Assembly: GCA_003551705.1 (NCBI GenBank) | Contig: PUNJ01000013.1 | Span: 7,558 to 71,557 of the forward strand | Length of the DNA stretch: 64,000 bases | Reading direction: 5' to 3' | Source: Chloroflexota bacterium | GTDB lineage: Bacteria > Chloroflexota > Dehalococcoidia > UBA2247 > RBG-13-53-26 | In this document: one piece after another, positions 19,591 through 27,894 of the stretch | Position numbering within the stretch: position 1 is the stretch's first letter | Layout of the letters: the number at the start of each line of letters is the position of its first letter | Program-made: the position numbers and the translations under genes | Notes under the pieces: generated by a model | The model's database searches: none | Seen by the model: only the letters and a program-made list of their open reading frames with translations | What the model was told of the DNA's origin: nothing

Positions 19591-21714
19591 ATGTATTCAA
19601 GTTTGAATAGCAAGTCTCAGGATGTTAACGGGGCCGCCAGGCGGCCCCATACGGACCACAGCTTCATACCACCGTGCCAGGCGAAGTGTCCGTTACAAAT
19701 GGATATCCGGGAATACGTGGATCTCGCTGCCCAGGGCAAGGTCATGGAGGCACTTCAGGTCATACGGAGCGGCAATCCGTTTCCCTCCATTTGCGCTCAT
19801 GTATGCACTCATCCCTGTGAGGAGGCGTGCAGACGCACTCAGGTTGACAGCCCTGTCTCCATAAGAGCTCTGAAGCGTTTCGCTGTGGAGTTCGGTGGCG
19901 ACCGAATGGTACTGGCCGAAGCCGAGACAACCAGGCCTGAGAAGGTGGCGATTGTGGGATCCGGGCCGGGAGGTCTGGCCTGCGCCTATTATCTCAGGAA
20001 GCTAGGCTACCCGGTCACCATCTTTGAAGCCCACGCCGAAATGGGAGGCATGTTGAGGGTGGGTATCCCCCAGTACCGCTTGCCCCGGGCCGTGGTTGAC
20101 ACAGAGGTCCAGAGGCTCATCAGCATGGGCGCGGAAATCAGGACAAACACCAGGGTGATGTCCCTTGATCTGCTCTTCGATATGGGCTATAAGGCGGTCT
20201 TCGTGACCATTGGTGCCCATCAGGGCCTGAGGATGGGCATTGAGGGAGAAGAGAGTCCGGGGGTCCTGGATGGGGCCACTCTTTTGCGTGAGGTTAACCT
20301 GGGACTCAAGCCCTCCCTTGGCCAGAGGGTCGTTGTTGTGGGCGGGGGTAATGTTGCCATCGACGCCGCCCGCACCGCGTTGCGGCTGGGCATACCCAGC
20401 GTCGATATCCTATACCGGCGAAGCCGCAAGGAGATGCCGGCCGACGAGACTGAGATCAAAGAGGCGCTTGAGGAAGGCGTTAACATACAATACCTGGTCG
20501 CTCCCGTGAACATAAAACGGGCCAATGGCGATCTTTGTGTCACGTGCGTGCGCATGGAACTGGGCGAGCCGGATGCCAGGGGCAGAAGACAACCGGTGCC
20601 CATCGAGGGCTCGGAGTTCACCATGAAGGTGGATACCCTGGTGTCAGCCATCGGGCAGGCGCCGCAGATGCCGGGCGGTTTTGGTATTCGCATAGGCAGG
20701 GGCAGTACCATTCAGGTGGACCCCCTGACTCTGACAACCAACCGCTTGGGCGTCTTTGCCGGCGGCGACGCCGTAACGGGGCCGGCCACTGTGGTGGAGG
20801 CCCTGGCTGCAGGACGCCAGGCTGCACACCGGATCGACGATTACCTGCAGCACAAATATCCTCGCCCCGTAAGCACTAACCAGCCGGTAATGACGGGCGA
20901 ACTTGACCAGCAGACCATCGAACTCGTCAGGAAGATTGGGCGCTTTGAACCGCTTTACCTGCCCGTTGAAGACCGTACCAGGGATTTCAAGCCCGTCGAG
21001 TCCGTCTTTGATTGGGAATCGGCGGTCAATGAGGCTCGCCGTTGCCTGCGATGCGGCGTAGGAGCGGAAATACTGTTTCAGGACAAGTGCGCCTCATGCC
21101 TGAACTGTGTGAGGGTGTGTCCCTACCATGTTCCATATATTGATATGGCAGGCACGATCATTATCCCGCCCGACCAGTGTCAGGCTTGTGGGATTTGCGT
21201 TGCCGAGTGCCCGGCCAGGGCAATTGTCATGCGCAAGCCGCGGGAGCGGCGACACATAGCCGACGAACTGGACCACATAGTCAAAACCGCTGCTCAGAGC
21301 AAGGCGAGGCCTCTGCTCATCGGTTTCTTGTGCCAGTACGGTCTTTTTGGGACTGGCACCCTGGCAGGTTTATGGAGAAGCGGCAAGGCCGGCATCTGGA
21401 TTGTGCCTGTGCTGTGCACATCCAAGGTTGAGGCCCATCACATGTTGCGTCCGTTCGAGATGGGCGTGGAGGGTGTCTTTGTGGCCGGCTGTGGTGAGCA
21501 GTGTTCCAGAGAGAATACGGACCATTGGGTGCAACAACGCATCCACAAAGTAAGGAAGCTTCTGGCCCAAATTGGGATCGAGCCGGAGCGGCTGCAAGCT
21601 TTTGTCTCGGACAAGAACGACGGTAGACGCTTGAGGGAGGAACTTGAAAGGTTCACCGAGCAGGTCAGCTCCCTCTGTCTGGCTTCGATATTGAAGCAGG
21701 AGGTGCGAAATTGA
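19591..21714 (+). CDS. Fusion protein: GltD/NfnB-like NAD(P)H flavoprotein, 2x[4Fe-4S] ferredoxin domain and MvhD (FlpD) domain
   Basis: N-terminal Fe-S region CQAKCP...CAHVCTHPCEEAC. Dinucleotide folds VAIVGSGPGGLA and VVVVGGGNVAIDAA, plus GVFAGGD. Then CASCLNCVRVCP and CQACGICVAECP. The C-terminus (LLIGFLCQYG...VPVLCTSKV...VFVAGCGEQC) resembles methyl-viologen-reducing hydrogenase delta subunit. GAGGA lies before ATG 19591. Confidence 0.8.
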   Translation: MYSSLNSKSQDVNGAARRPHTDHSFIPPCQAKCPLQMDIREYVDLAAQGKVMEALQVIRSGNPFPSICAHVCTHPCEEACRRTQVDSPVSIRALKRFAVEFGGDRMVLAEAETTRPEKVAIVGSGPGGLACAYYLRKLGYPVTIFEAHAEMGGMLRVGIPQYRLPRAVVDTEVQRLISMGAEIRTNTRVMSLDLLFDMGYKAVFVTIGAHQGLRMGIEGEESPGVLDGATLLREVNLGLKPSLGQRVVVVGGGNVAIDAARTALRLGIPSVDILYRRSRKEMPADETEIKEALEEGVNIQYLVAPVNIKRANGDLCVTCVRMELGEPDARGRRQPVPIEGSEFTMKVDTLVSAIGQAPQMPGGFGIRIGRGSTIQVDPLTLTTNRLGVFAGGDAVTGPATVVEALAAGRQAAHRIDDYLQHKYPRPVSTNQPVMTGELDQQTIELVRKIGRFEPLYLPVEDRTRDFKPVESVFDWESAVNEARRCLRCGVGAEILFQDKCASCLNCVRVCPYHVPYIDMAGTIIIPPDQCQACGICVAECPARAIVMRKPRERRHIADELDHIVKTAAQSKARPLLIGFLCQYGLFGTGTLAGLWRSGKAGIWIVPVLCTSKVEAHHMLRPFEMGVEGVFVAGCGEQCSRENTDHWVQQRIHKVRKLLAQIGIEPERLQAFVSDKNDGRRLREELERFTEQVSSLCLASILKQEVRN

Positions 21715-22391
21715 TAGTAGCTGAAGCGAAAAACCTGACGGAAATAGGCAAGACCATCGCCCCATACGGAAGAATCCTGGTCTTGGGCTGCGGTACCTGT
21801 GTTACCGTATGTGGGGCTGGAGGAGAGCGAGAAGTGGCCCTGCTCCACGACGCTTTGCGGTTGATGGACATGAAGGCTGGAAATGGCAAGCATGTGTTCC
21901 TTGAATGCACGCTCAAGAGGCAGTGCGATCCGGAGTTCCTGGACGTACTTGAAGAGAAGGCCGCCAATGTCGACGCCGTACTCTCTCTTGGCTGTGGAAT
22001 AGGTGTTCAGGCAGTCGCCGAAAGATTGCCTGACCTGCCGGTATTGCCGGGTGTTAATACTTCGTTCCTGGGCATGGCCAAGGAGTGGGGTGTCTGGGAC
22101 GAACGTTGTGCCGCCTGTGGCGACTGCCGTCTGGACGAGACAGCCGGCATCTGCCCCATAACCCGGTGCACCAAGGGCATATTGAACGGCCCCTGTGCCG
22201 GGACAAAGAACGGCAGATGCGAAGTTAGCAAGGAGATGGACTGTGCCTGGGTATTGATCTATCAACGATTGGAGAATATGAGACAACTGGAGACCATGCG
22301 GCGCTATTACCCGCCCAGGAATTTCCGGGCCATTCCCCGGCCCAAGAGGGTTTTGAGCAAGATCAACGCCGCGGGAGGAGGACACGAATGA
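21711..22391 (+). CDS. metV: Methylene-THF reductase accessory subunit MetV (MTHFR C-terminal-like, Cys-rich)
   Basis: VLGCGTCVTVCGAGG...CAACGDCRLDETAGICPITRCTKGILNGPCAG is typical of acetogen-type MetV. TTG start follows GGAGGTG and overlaps the upstream stop. It lies directly before metF. Confidence 0.75.
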   Translation: MIVAEAKNLTEIGKTIAPYGRILVLGCGTCVTVCGAGGEREVALLHDALRLMDMKAGNGKHVFLECTLKRQCDPEFLDVLEEKAANVDAVLSLGCGIGVQAVAERLPDLPVLPGVNTSFLGMAKEWGVWDERCAACGDCRLDETAGICPITRCTKGILNGPCAGTKNGRCEVSKEMDCAWVLIYQRLENMRQLETMRRYYPPRNFRAIPRPKRVLSKINAAGGGHE

Positions 22392-23290
22392 GCGTTTCCC
22401 TATTCGACGAAAAGCTCAACTCGGATGCGTTTCTGATAACCACCGAGATCGGCCCCCCCAAGGGTACCGATACTTCCGAGATTTTACATGATATCGACAT
22501 GCTCAAGGACAAGGTGGACGCCATCAATGTAACAGACCATCAGTCTTCGGTTATGCGTTATCCTTCCATCGGTGGATGCCTTCTGGTAAAGGAGCGAGGA
22601 GGGGAACCGGTGCTGCAGATGACCTGCCGGGACCGCAACAGACTGGCCCTGCAAGCCGAATTGCTATTTGCCTACTCCCGCGGGGTCTGCAATGTGCTGT
22701 GCCTGACCGGAGACTCGGTGGATGTCGGCGACCATAAGGAGGCCAAGCCGGTATTTGATTTGGACTCCGTCCAGCTCTTGAGAATGGCCAGGCTTCTGGA
22801 AGGCGGTACCGATATGGGAGGCAATGAACTCAAGGGGGTGCCCAAGTTCTGTCTTGGTTCCACCGTGCATCCTGAAGCGGACTTCGTCGAACCCCAGCTA
22901 GTCAAGTTCGACAAGAAGGTTGCGGCCGGTTCCCAGTTCTTCCAAACGCAAGGAGTCTTCGATCCGGCTACTCTGCGTCGGTTCATGCAATATGCGTCCC
23001 AATTCAATGTGAAGATTCTGGCAGGGATCATAGTTATGGCCTCGGCCAGAATGGCTAAGTACATGAACGATAATGTGCCCGGAATCATCGTTCCCCAGGC
23101 GGTCATAGACGAACTGGCCACTGCGGAGAAAGGCAAGGGACTACAGAAAGGCATAGAGATCGCCGCCAGGTTCATAAGGTCAGTCAAGGAAGAGAATCTG
23201 GCACACGGGGTCCATGTAATGGCAGTGGGAAATGAGAGGATCGTGCCGGACATCTTGGAGGCGGCGGAGGTGAGCGGGATCCATGCTTAG
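22388..23290 (+). CDS. metF: 5,10-methylenetetrahydrofolate reductase (acetogen-type MetF)
   Basis: ITTEIGPPKG...INVTDHQSS...QMTCRDRNR...FFQTQGVFD are MTHFR motifs. ATG overlaps the metV stop. Confidence 0.9.
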   Translation: MSVSLFDEKLNSDAFLITTEIGPPKGTDTSEILHDIDMLKDKVDAINVTDHQSSVMRYPSIGGCLLVKERGGEPVLQMTCRDRNRLALQAELLFAYSRGVCNVLCLTGDSVDVGDHKEAKPVFDLDSVQLLRMARLLEGGTDMGGNELKGVPKFCLGSTVHPEADFVEPQLVKFDKKVAAGSQFFQTQGVFDPATLRRFMQYASQFNVKILAGIIVMASARMAKYMNDNVPGIIVPQAVIDELATAEKGKGLQKGIEIAARFIRSVKEENLAHGVHVMAVGNERIVPDILEAAEVSGIHA

Positions 23291-23340
23291 GCATACTCCC
23301 AGAATTTGGAATCCAGCACATGAAAATGGAGGTAATCGAA

Positions 23341-24138
23341 ATGGCGAGCAAGAATAAGATACTGATAGTGGACGACGAACGGGACTTTGTGGAGGCTTTC
23401 CGGCGGACCCTGGAAGCCCGGTACTTCGAAGTGATCACTGCTTCGAGCCGCAAACAAGCCCAGGAAATCATAAAATCCGCACCGGACATGGTCGTACTGG
23501 GGACGATGGCACCCGCTGGGCAGGCTTTTGCCCTGCACCAGTGGCTCAAGGAACATCCTCGGTATAAGGGTATACCCTTGATGGTAATCGATGCGTCGCA
23601 TCAGGAGCGGTCGGAGCGAGGATGGCGCCGGTTCGAGGGAATGCAACTGGAGTCCGACGAATATATCAGCAAGCCCGTAGAGCCTTCATCGCTGCTGCCG
23701 CGCATCCAGGCCCTGATGGAAGAGATCAACAGGCTCATCAGGGTACTGGTTGCCGATGACCACACCATGATCAGGGACGGCATCAGCGCTGTCCTGGGAC
23801 TCCACAAGGATATAGAGGTAATAGGCGAGGCGGTGAATGGGGAAGATGCCGTGGAAAAGGCGTTGCGCTTGTCACCGAACGTGACCTTGATGGACATAGT
23901 GATGCCTGTTATGAGCGGGCTTGAGGCCACCAAGCGCATAGCCAAGGAGTGCCCCCATAACAAGGTCCTTGTCCTGACCCAGTATGATGAGGAAGAGAAC
24001 ATGCTTGTCGCCAAGCATTCCGGTGCCTACGGATTCATTCCCAAGCGGGCTGCCGGGGCTGAGCTGGTGAAGGGCATACGATCGGTATTCAGCGGGTCCT
24101 TCTTCCCGGCCAGCTTTGCTGAGGCCAATGCCGGCTAG
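23341..24138 (+). CDS. Receiver-only protein with two tandem REC domains, the first lacking the phosphoacceptor Asp
   Basis: REC1 keeps the DD pair (ILIVDDE) and KP (ISKPV). It has Gly where the acceptor Asp should be (PDMVVLGTMAP). REC2 is canonical NarL type (ADDH, TLMDIVMP, VLTQY, IPK). There is no output domain. GGAGG lies before ATG 23341. Confidence 0.8.
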   Translation: MASKNKILIVDDERDFVEAFRRTLEARYFEVITASSRKQAQEIIKSAPDMVVLGTMAPAGQAFALHQWLKEHPRYKGIPLMVIDASHQERSERGWRRFEGMQLESDEYISKPVEPSSLLPRIQALMEEINRLIRVLVADDHTMIRDGISAVLGLHKDIEVIGEAVNGEDAVEKALRLSPNVTLMDIVMPVMSGLEATKRIAKECPHNKVLVLTQYDEEENMLVAKHSGAYGFIPKRAAGAELVKGIRSVFSGSFFPASFAEANAG

Positions 24139-24331
24139 GTACAGGGCAGTGGTCTTGGTGCGACGAGCGAATTCTTGGGCGTTTGTCCGTCAGGGGCAGG
24201 CTCTCCGGGCTTGCCCTTGATGGTGGAATTTGTACACCGTACCCTGCAAAAACTTCTCGCGGCAGGGCATCGACAACGCGTGTAGCATCGAGGCAGCTTG
24301 GACTGAGGCTGAAGCCTCGGAAACAGGGGGC

Positions 24332-25639
24332 TCACACCGGTCGCCGGCCATGCCTTAGGCAATAGCGGTCCAGGTATTCAGGCAGGACCCGTCTCACATC
24401 TTTCGAATCCAGATTGCTGGCTGCGATGTACTCGCCAGCGTCGGCCATGACCTGGCTGGCATCCCGCCCGTCCACATATTTTGCGAAATGGTCCTTGTGC
24501 CGGACACCAACGGACTCTGCAATCAGGCTGATATAATTTTGCACCTCAAAGGGATATTGGCCTTGCAGGGGAACGAAGCTCTGCACACAGCCGGAACACA
24601 CTGTTGCCATGATTTCCGCCCCTGTGGCTTGCGCTTCCTCCATGGGTTGCCGCCGTATCTTTTCCGTTATCTCCGGCTGGTTGATATTTGTCAGGCCGCC
24701 GCAGCACAAAGCATCGAGACGGTTGTGCTCCATCTCCACCAGACTAACACCGGGTATGGCCTCGAGCAGTTTCCTTACCGGTTCAACCATGCCGATCCGG
24801 GCGTTGGCGCAGCTGTCGTGCGGCGTGATAACCTTTTCAACCCTGTGCTTGAACGGGATACTGTCGATGTTTTGGGCCAGGAAATCACCCACCTCGGCAC
24901 TTTCAAAGGGAATCGAAACAAAGCGCGGCAGCATAAACATGTTCATAACATAGCAGCCATGGCAGAAGAAGACGGCCTTCCGGGCTTGGTAGGCGGCGAT
25001 GGCACTGACAAGATCCTGGGCCTGCTTCTGTGCCGTATCGAAGTCTCCCCAGATCATGGAACCCGATCCGCAGCATAGTTTGGCCCCGGCCAAAGTCGCA
25101 TACTTGAGCCCCATGCGATCAAAAATTTCCATGGTCTCCAGAATCAGGTGAGGCAGTCCGAGAGGGGCGCACCCGGTGAAGAATACCATGTCGACCGGTT
25201 CCGGGGCTGCCGGCACCTCATAAGTCCAGCGAGCTTCCGCGGGTTTTATCTGCAGGGAGGAAAACAGGTTACCAAAGTTGTGCGGGTGTCCGGGCATGAG
25301 CTGGTAGCTCAGAGGGGGAAGCGGGGTCCCGGCCCGCCTGAGATGGCCAATGGCCGAAGTGACTATGGAGAAAGGCATCAGTCCTTCCGGGCAAGCTGGC
25401 GAGCAGCGATTGCAGGCTCCGTTACAGGCGAAAGCCCATTCGGCGGCCTCTTCCGAGGCTTCTCCGGTCAGGAGCAGGTCACACACCTTCTGCATCACTG
25501 CCGGAGCGCTCTGCCTGGAGCACTTCAGCGAGGAGAAGACGGGACAGACCTCGAGGCAGTCACCGCAGGAAGTGCATTTCTCCGCAAATTTTCGACCTCT
25601 CGCTTCAAACATTTCCCAAAGGTTCTGGTATTTCCCCAT
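24332..25639 (-). CDS. HdrD/GlpC-like Fe-S protein (2x[4Fe-4S] plus two CCG domains)
   Basis: CTSCGDCLEVCP and CNGACNRCSPACP ferredoxin motifs. Two CCG motifs, KLCCGSGS and ALCCGGLT. ATG 25639 is preceded by GAGGTG, 13 nt after the AOR stop. Confidence 0.8.
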   Translation of the reverse strand: MGKYQNLWEMFEARGRKFAEKCTSCGDCLEVCPVFSSLKCSRQSAPAVMQKVCDLLLTGEASEEAAEWAFACNGACNRCSPACPEGLMPFSIVTSAIGHLRRAGTPLPPLSYQLMPGHPHNFGNLFSSLQIKPAEARWTYEVPAAPEPVDMVFFTGCAPLGLPHLILETMEIFDRMGLKYATLAGAKLCCGSGSMIWGDFDTAQKQAQDLVSAIAAYQARKAVFFCHGCYVMNMFMLPRFVSIPFESAEVGDFLAQNIDSIPFKHRVEKVITPHDSCANARIGMVEPVRKLLEAIPGVSLVEMEHNRLDALCCGGLTNINQPEITEKIRRQPMEEAQATGAEIMATVCSGCVQSFVPLQGQYPFEVQNYISLIAESVGVRHKDHFAKYVDGRDASQVMADAGEYIAASNLDSKDVRRVLPEYLDRYCLRHGRRPV

Positions 25640-25652
25640 CTTGGTCACCTCT

Positions 25653-27524
25653 CTAATTTTCTTTCGTCAGTTCCTCCAGCCTCTCTGGAGACATTTCCCC
25701 GGTCTGAGGATCCCAGCCTCGGGCCGCATAGTAGTCGGAGACCAAACGGTCCAGGCGCTCCCGGTCAAATGGCGGACGGACCTCATCTTGCAAGTGTACC
25801 GGTTCCGAAAGGAACCTGGTGGGCATCGTATCGTTCCTGCGGGAAGCTCCCTCCCGCAGGTTGAAAGCCTTTCTCAAGTCCAGGCCGCGGGCGGCGGCCG
25901 CAAGTAATTCCTTGCCTTCCATCTTGAACCCGGTGGCGGATGTGTAGACCTGGGCCCAGGTACCGATGTCAAAGCGTTGGTTGAAGGGGAAGGTGCACAC
26001 CCCGAGACATTCCAAGGCAAAGGTATAGTCTTCCGTCAGTCTTGTCAACCATCCCATGTCGCAGCCTTCCGGTCCGGCAAAGACCTTGTCAATATCTTCC
26101 GCCGGGATGCCCATTTTTTCAAGGACCCGTGCAATTTTGGGCGCCGGCTCACCGTAGAGTTCCCTGACCCCGGAGGCATGTCCGATGGAGTTGGTGATCA
26201 TGCTGCATATCCAGCTATTGAACTGGGGTCGGGGATCACCCGTTGTGCTGCCTACTCCTTTATAATCATGAGCGTAGTAGCCCGAGCCTCGTCCCAGTTT
26301 CTGCGGGGCTTCGAGAAAACCGTCAGCCAGCATGTTGCCCAGGCCCTCCCGGCAGGCGATTTTGCGGAGTAGTTTCTGTACAGTGGCTGGGTGCCAGTCC
26401 AGTTCCATGCCATCGGTGTCGTTGTGATCTATGATACCTCGCTGGTAGAGTTCGATTATCCAGGCCGCCAGACCGGCTGAGGCATTGTCCATACCCAGGC
26501 GGTTCACCAGTTCCTCACACTGTAGAGCGCCTGTCCAGTCATCGACAGCGCATAAGCCACCGAAGCAAACCGCGGGAGCACCGGCGCACGAAACTGGAAT
26601 GGCTGGTCCGTCTTTCAGGCGGAATACATGTTTACAGCCCACTGGGCAAGCCTGGCAGGCGATGTTGCCGTGGTGCTCCAGAGCCCGTTCAAGGTCCTCA
26701 ATCGTGAAGTTTCTCATTGATTCCTGGTCTGCCACCGCCTGGGCATTCTTATAGGGAATGGAGAGGGAGCAGGCGTTGATCATGTCGGGCAGTGAAAGCA
26801 ATGTGCCGTGGTTGCGGAAGTCTGCTATGTAAGGCAGGGAAGAGATCTCGCAATTGAGCTTGTTAACCAGGCTCATATACTGCTTGGGATGGGCCACTGC
26901 GATTCCCTGGCAACCGAAGGCGGCGATGCCCTTCAGGTTCTTGGAACCCATCACGGCACCCATGCCTGTCTTGGCGAACAATGAATATTTGTTGGCCACG
27001 ATGCTGGCGTCTCTGACCATGTTTTCCCCGGCGGGTCCTATGCAGGCCACGGCATACTGTCTGCCCAGTTCTTGCCAGATCGCATCGGTGCTGTCCCATG
27101 TATCCTTTCCCCATAGGTGACCGGCCTTCCTGATCCTGACTTCATCTCCGATTTCGATGTATACCGGGGTGTTCGACCTTCCCTTGATCAAGATGTGGTC
27201 GAAGCCGCCGAACTTGATCCCGCCCATATGGCCGGAGCCCGATGTGCCGATGAACCCGCTAACGGGGGACTTTGAGGTGAAGTTGGTTTTACCTGCTGCC
27301 GGTGCGAGGGTGCCCACCAACGGGCCGGCGCCAAAAATGAGAACATTGTCTGGCGACAGTGGATCGATACCGGGCGGGATATGCCTGTAGGCCAGCCAGG
27401 CATTCAGGCCGGCTCCGCCAATATACTCCGTTGTTGCTTTCTCGGGCAGGGTTGTCACTGCCATGTTAGCGGACGAAAGGTCTACCTCGAGTAGCCGCCC
27501 GCTGTAGCCGGCAAAATGGTTCAT
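25653..27524 (-). CDS. Aldehyde:ferredoxin oxidoreductase (AOR) family tungsto/molybdopterin enzyme
   Basis: N-terminal GRLLEVDLS...EYIGGAGLNAWL...LIFGAGPLVGT, cluster motif CQACPVGC, about 620 aa. ATG 27524 overlaps the ferredoxin stop (ATGA). Confidence 0.9.
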   Translation of the reverse strand: MNHFAGYSGRLLEVDLSSANMAVTTLPEKATTEYIGGAGLNAWLAYRHIPPGIDPLSPDNVLIFGAGPLVGTLAPAAGKTNFTSKSPVSGFIGTSGSGHMGGIKFGGFDHILIKGRSNTPVYIEIGDEVRIRKAGHLWGKDTWDSTDAIWQELGRQYAVACIGPAGENMVRDASIVANKYSLFAKTGMGAVMGSKNLKGIAAFGCQGIAVAHPKQYMSLVNKLNCEISSLPYIADFRNHGTLLSLPDMINACSLSIPYKNAQAVADQESMRNFTIEDLERALEHHGNIACQACPVGCKHVFRLKDGPAIPVSCAGAPAVCFGGLCAVDDWTGALQCEELVNRLGMDNASAGLAAWIIELYQRGIIDHNDTDGMELDWHPATVQKLLRKIACREGLGNMLADGFLEAPQKLGRGSGYYAHDYKGVGSTTGDPRPQFNSWICSMITNSIGHASGVRELYGEPAPKIARVLEKMGIPAEDIDKVFAGPEGCDMGWLTRLTEDYTFALECLGVCTFPFNQRFDIGTWAQVYTSATGFKMEGKELLAAAARGLDLRKAFNLREGASRRNDTMPTRFLSEPVHLQDEVRPPFDRERLDRLVSDYYAARGWDPQTGEMSPERLEELTKEN

Positions 27525-27769
27525 GCTTGCACCTCTTCCAGTTGAAGAGCGTCGTATCCACAATAGGCTATGCAGATACCGCAACCGTTGCAATTCTCAT
27601 CGAGTATTACCTCGAAGCCTCCCTGGTCGAAACGAGGCAGGATGCTTATTTTGGACTGGGAAAGGTTGAAAAGGCGCTCCGTAGAGGTAAAGAAGGAACA
27701 GGCCAGTGCACAGCGCAGGCAACCGGAGCACTTCGATTCATTAGCAGCAAGCCTGCTTTTGTGTGCCAT
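27521..27769 (-). CDS. 2x[4Fe-4S] ferredoxin
   Basis: CSGCLRCALAC and CNGCGICIAYC motifs. AGGAGG RBS. Translationally coupled to the AOR gene. Confidence 0.8.
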   Translation of the reverse strand: MAHKSRLAANESKCSGCLRCALACSFFTSTERLFNLSQSKISILPRFDQGGFEVILDENCNGCGICIAYCGYDALQLEEVQA

Positions 27770-27834
27770 GACACCTCCTGTTCGGGTAGGCTACCCCGGC
27801 TTGGAGCGAAGCGCTGGCCCTTAGAAGTCATACC

Positions 27835-27861
27835 ATTCTAACAGAACCTGTCCTTGTTCAA
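27835..27861 (-). promoter_or_regulatory. Candidate promoter of the ferredoxin-AOR-HdrD-like operon
   Basis: On the minus strand: TTGAAC, 15-nt spacer, then TGtTAGAAT (extended -10). Confidence 0.4.
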
Positions 27862-27894
27862 AAGGAGTATCGGGAAAAAGGATGCCGGTAGGCG

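Noticed and set aside
21438-22385. 315-aa minus-strand ORF across the MvhD-fusion end and metV
   Set aside because: It is antisense to two coupled genes that have strong Cys motifs. It has no RBS and no recognisable domain.
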